A stretch of 64,000 nucleotides of DNA from a virus, in the UHGV virus genome UHGV-0294963. The stretch is one strand, 5' to 3'. This document shows positions 63,963-64,000 of the stretch, piece after piece. Every line of letters begins with the position of its first letter. The first letter of the stretch is position 1. The notes beneath the pieces were generated by a model. It made no database searches. It saw nothing but the letters and a program-made list of their open reading frames with translations, and was not told the DNA's origin. A program made the translations under genes and the position numbers.

Positions 63963-64000
63963 GGCATAAGCTCTTGCTTTAAGACATTCGATGAACTTAT

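Noticed and set aside
1-64000. CRISPR arrays, rRNA genes, integrase/attachment sites
   Set aside because: No array of regularly spaced direct repeats with unique spacers, no rRNA-like conserved stretches, and no tyrosine or serine recombinase motif recognised. The repeated elements present are promoter and cassette families with variable spacing, not CRISPR.

Overview
This window looks like part of a large tailed dsDNA phage genome. It is probably a myovirus (tail sheath and tube genes are present) infecting a Firmicutes-type host, judging from: an HU protein closely resembling Bacillus HBsu, a cell-wall hydrolase with M23 and GH25-like domains, a DUF285/BspA-like repeat protein, and overall AT-richness.

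Gene layout: coordinates 1 to about 24.7 kb are transcribed on the + strand. They carry replication and recombination genes (SNF2 helicase C-terminus, FEN-type 5'-3' exonuclease, SbcD/SbcC, family-A DNA polymerase, endonuclease-IV-like TIM barrel). They also carry two tandem DxD glycosyltransferase-like paralogs and a putative tail-tip module (a cysteine-peptidase-like protein, the M23+GH25-like hydrolase, and three tandem paralogs sharing an N-terminal domain, one with an SGNH esterase domain). At about 24.75 kb a bidirectional terminator marks convergence with a 39-kb block transcribed on the - strand. Reading that block from high to low coordinate, it holds: an early region of about 30 small genes (plus dUTPase, NAD-dependent DNA ligase, a glycyl-radical-activase-like radical SAM protein, and a GIY-YIG homing endonuclease); then middle genes of unknown function; then terminase large subunit, portal, a protease/scaffold candidate, major capsid protein, tail sheath, HU, tail tube and a tandem-repeat protein.

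Non-coding architecture is highly structured. First, at least 14 copies of a promoter motif AACTTCGT-N16/17-TGTTATAAT (extended -10) sit in front of early/middle genes on both strands. Second, six or more copies of an intergenic cassette consist of 11-17-bp inverted-repeat arms (CTGCTTAAATGC / GCATTTAAGCAG) bracketing an AT-rich core (TGTAAA..TTATACAC / TATAAAT). Third, a 40-nt conserved block and a TAGC-GT-GCTA palindrome recur at module boundaries. Fourth, a 560-bp non-coding region near the right end carries GCTGGG iterons, a (TAGGGG)n G-tract array, direct repeats and divergent promoters sharing a palindromic -10.

At protein level, the tetrapeptide LNSS (LN[SC]x) is strongly enriched in head-module proteins, including twice in the capsid N-terminus and eight times in one 784-aa acidic protein. 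This is proposed as the prohead-protease cleavage motif.

No rRNA, tRNA or CRISPR was found. All coordinates are approximate to within about 2 nt. All functional calls are from motif recognition by eye, with no database search.
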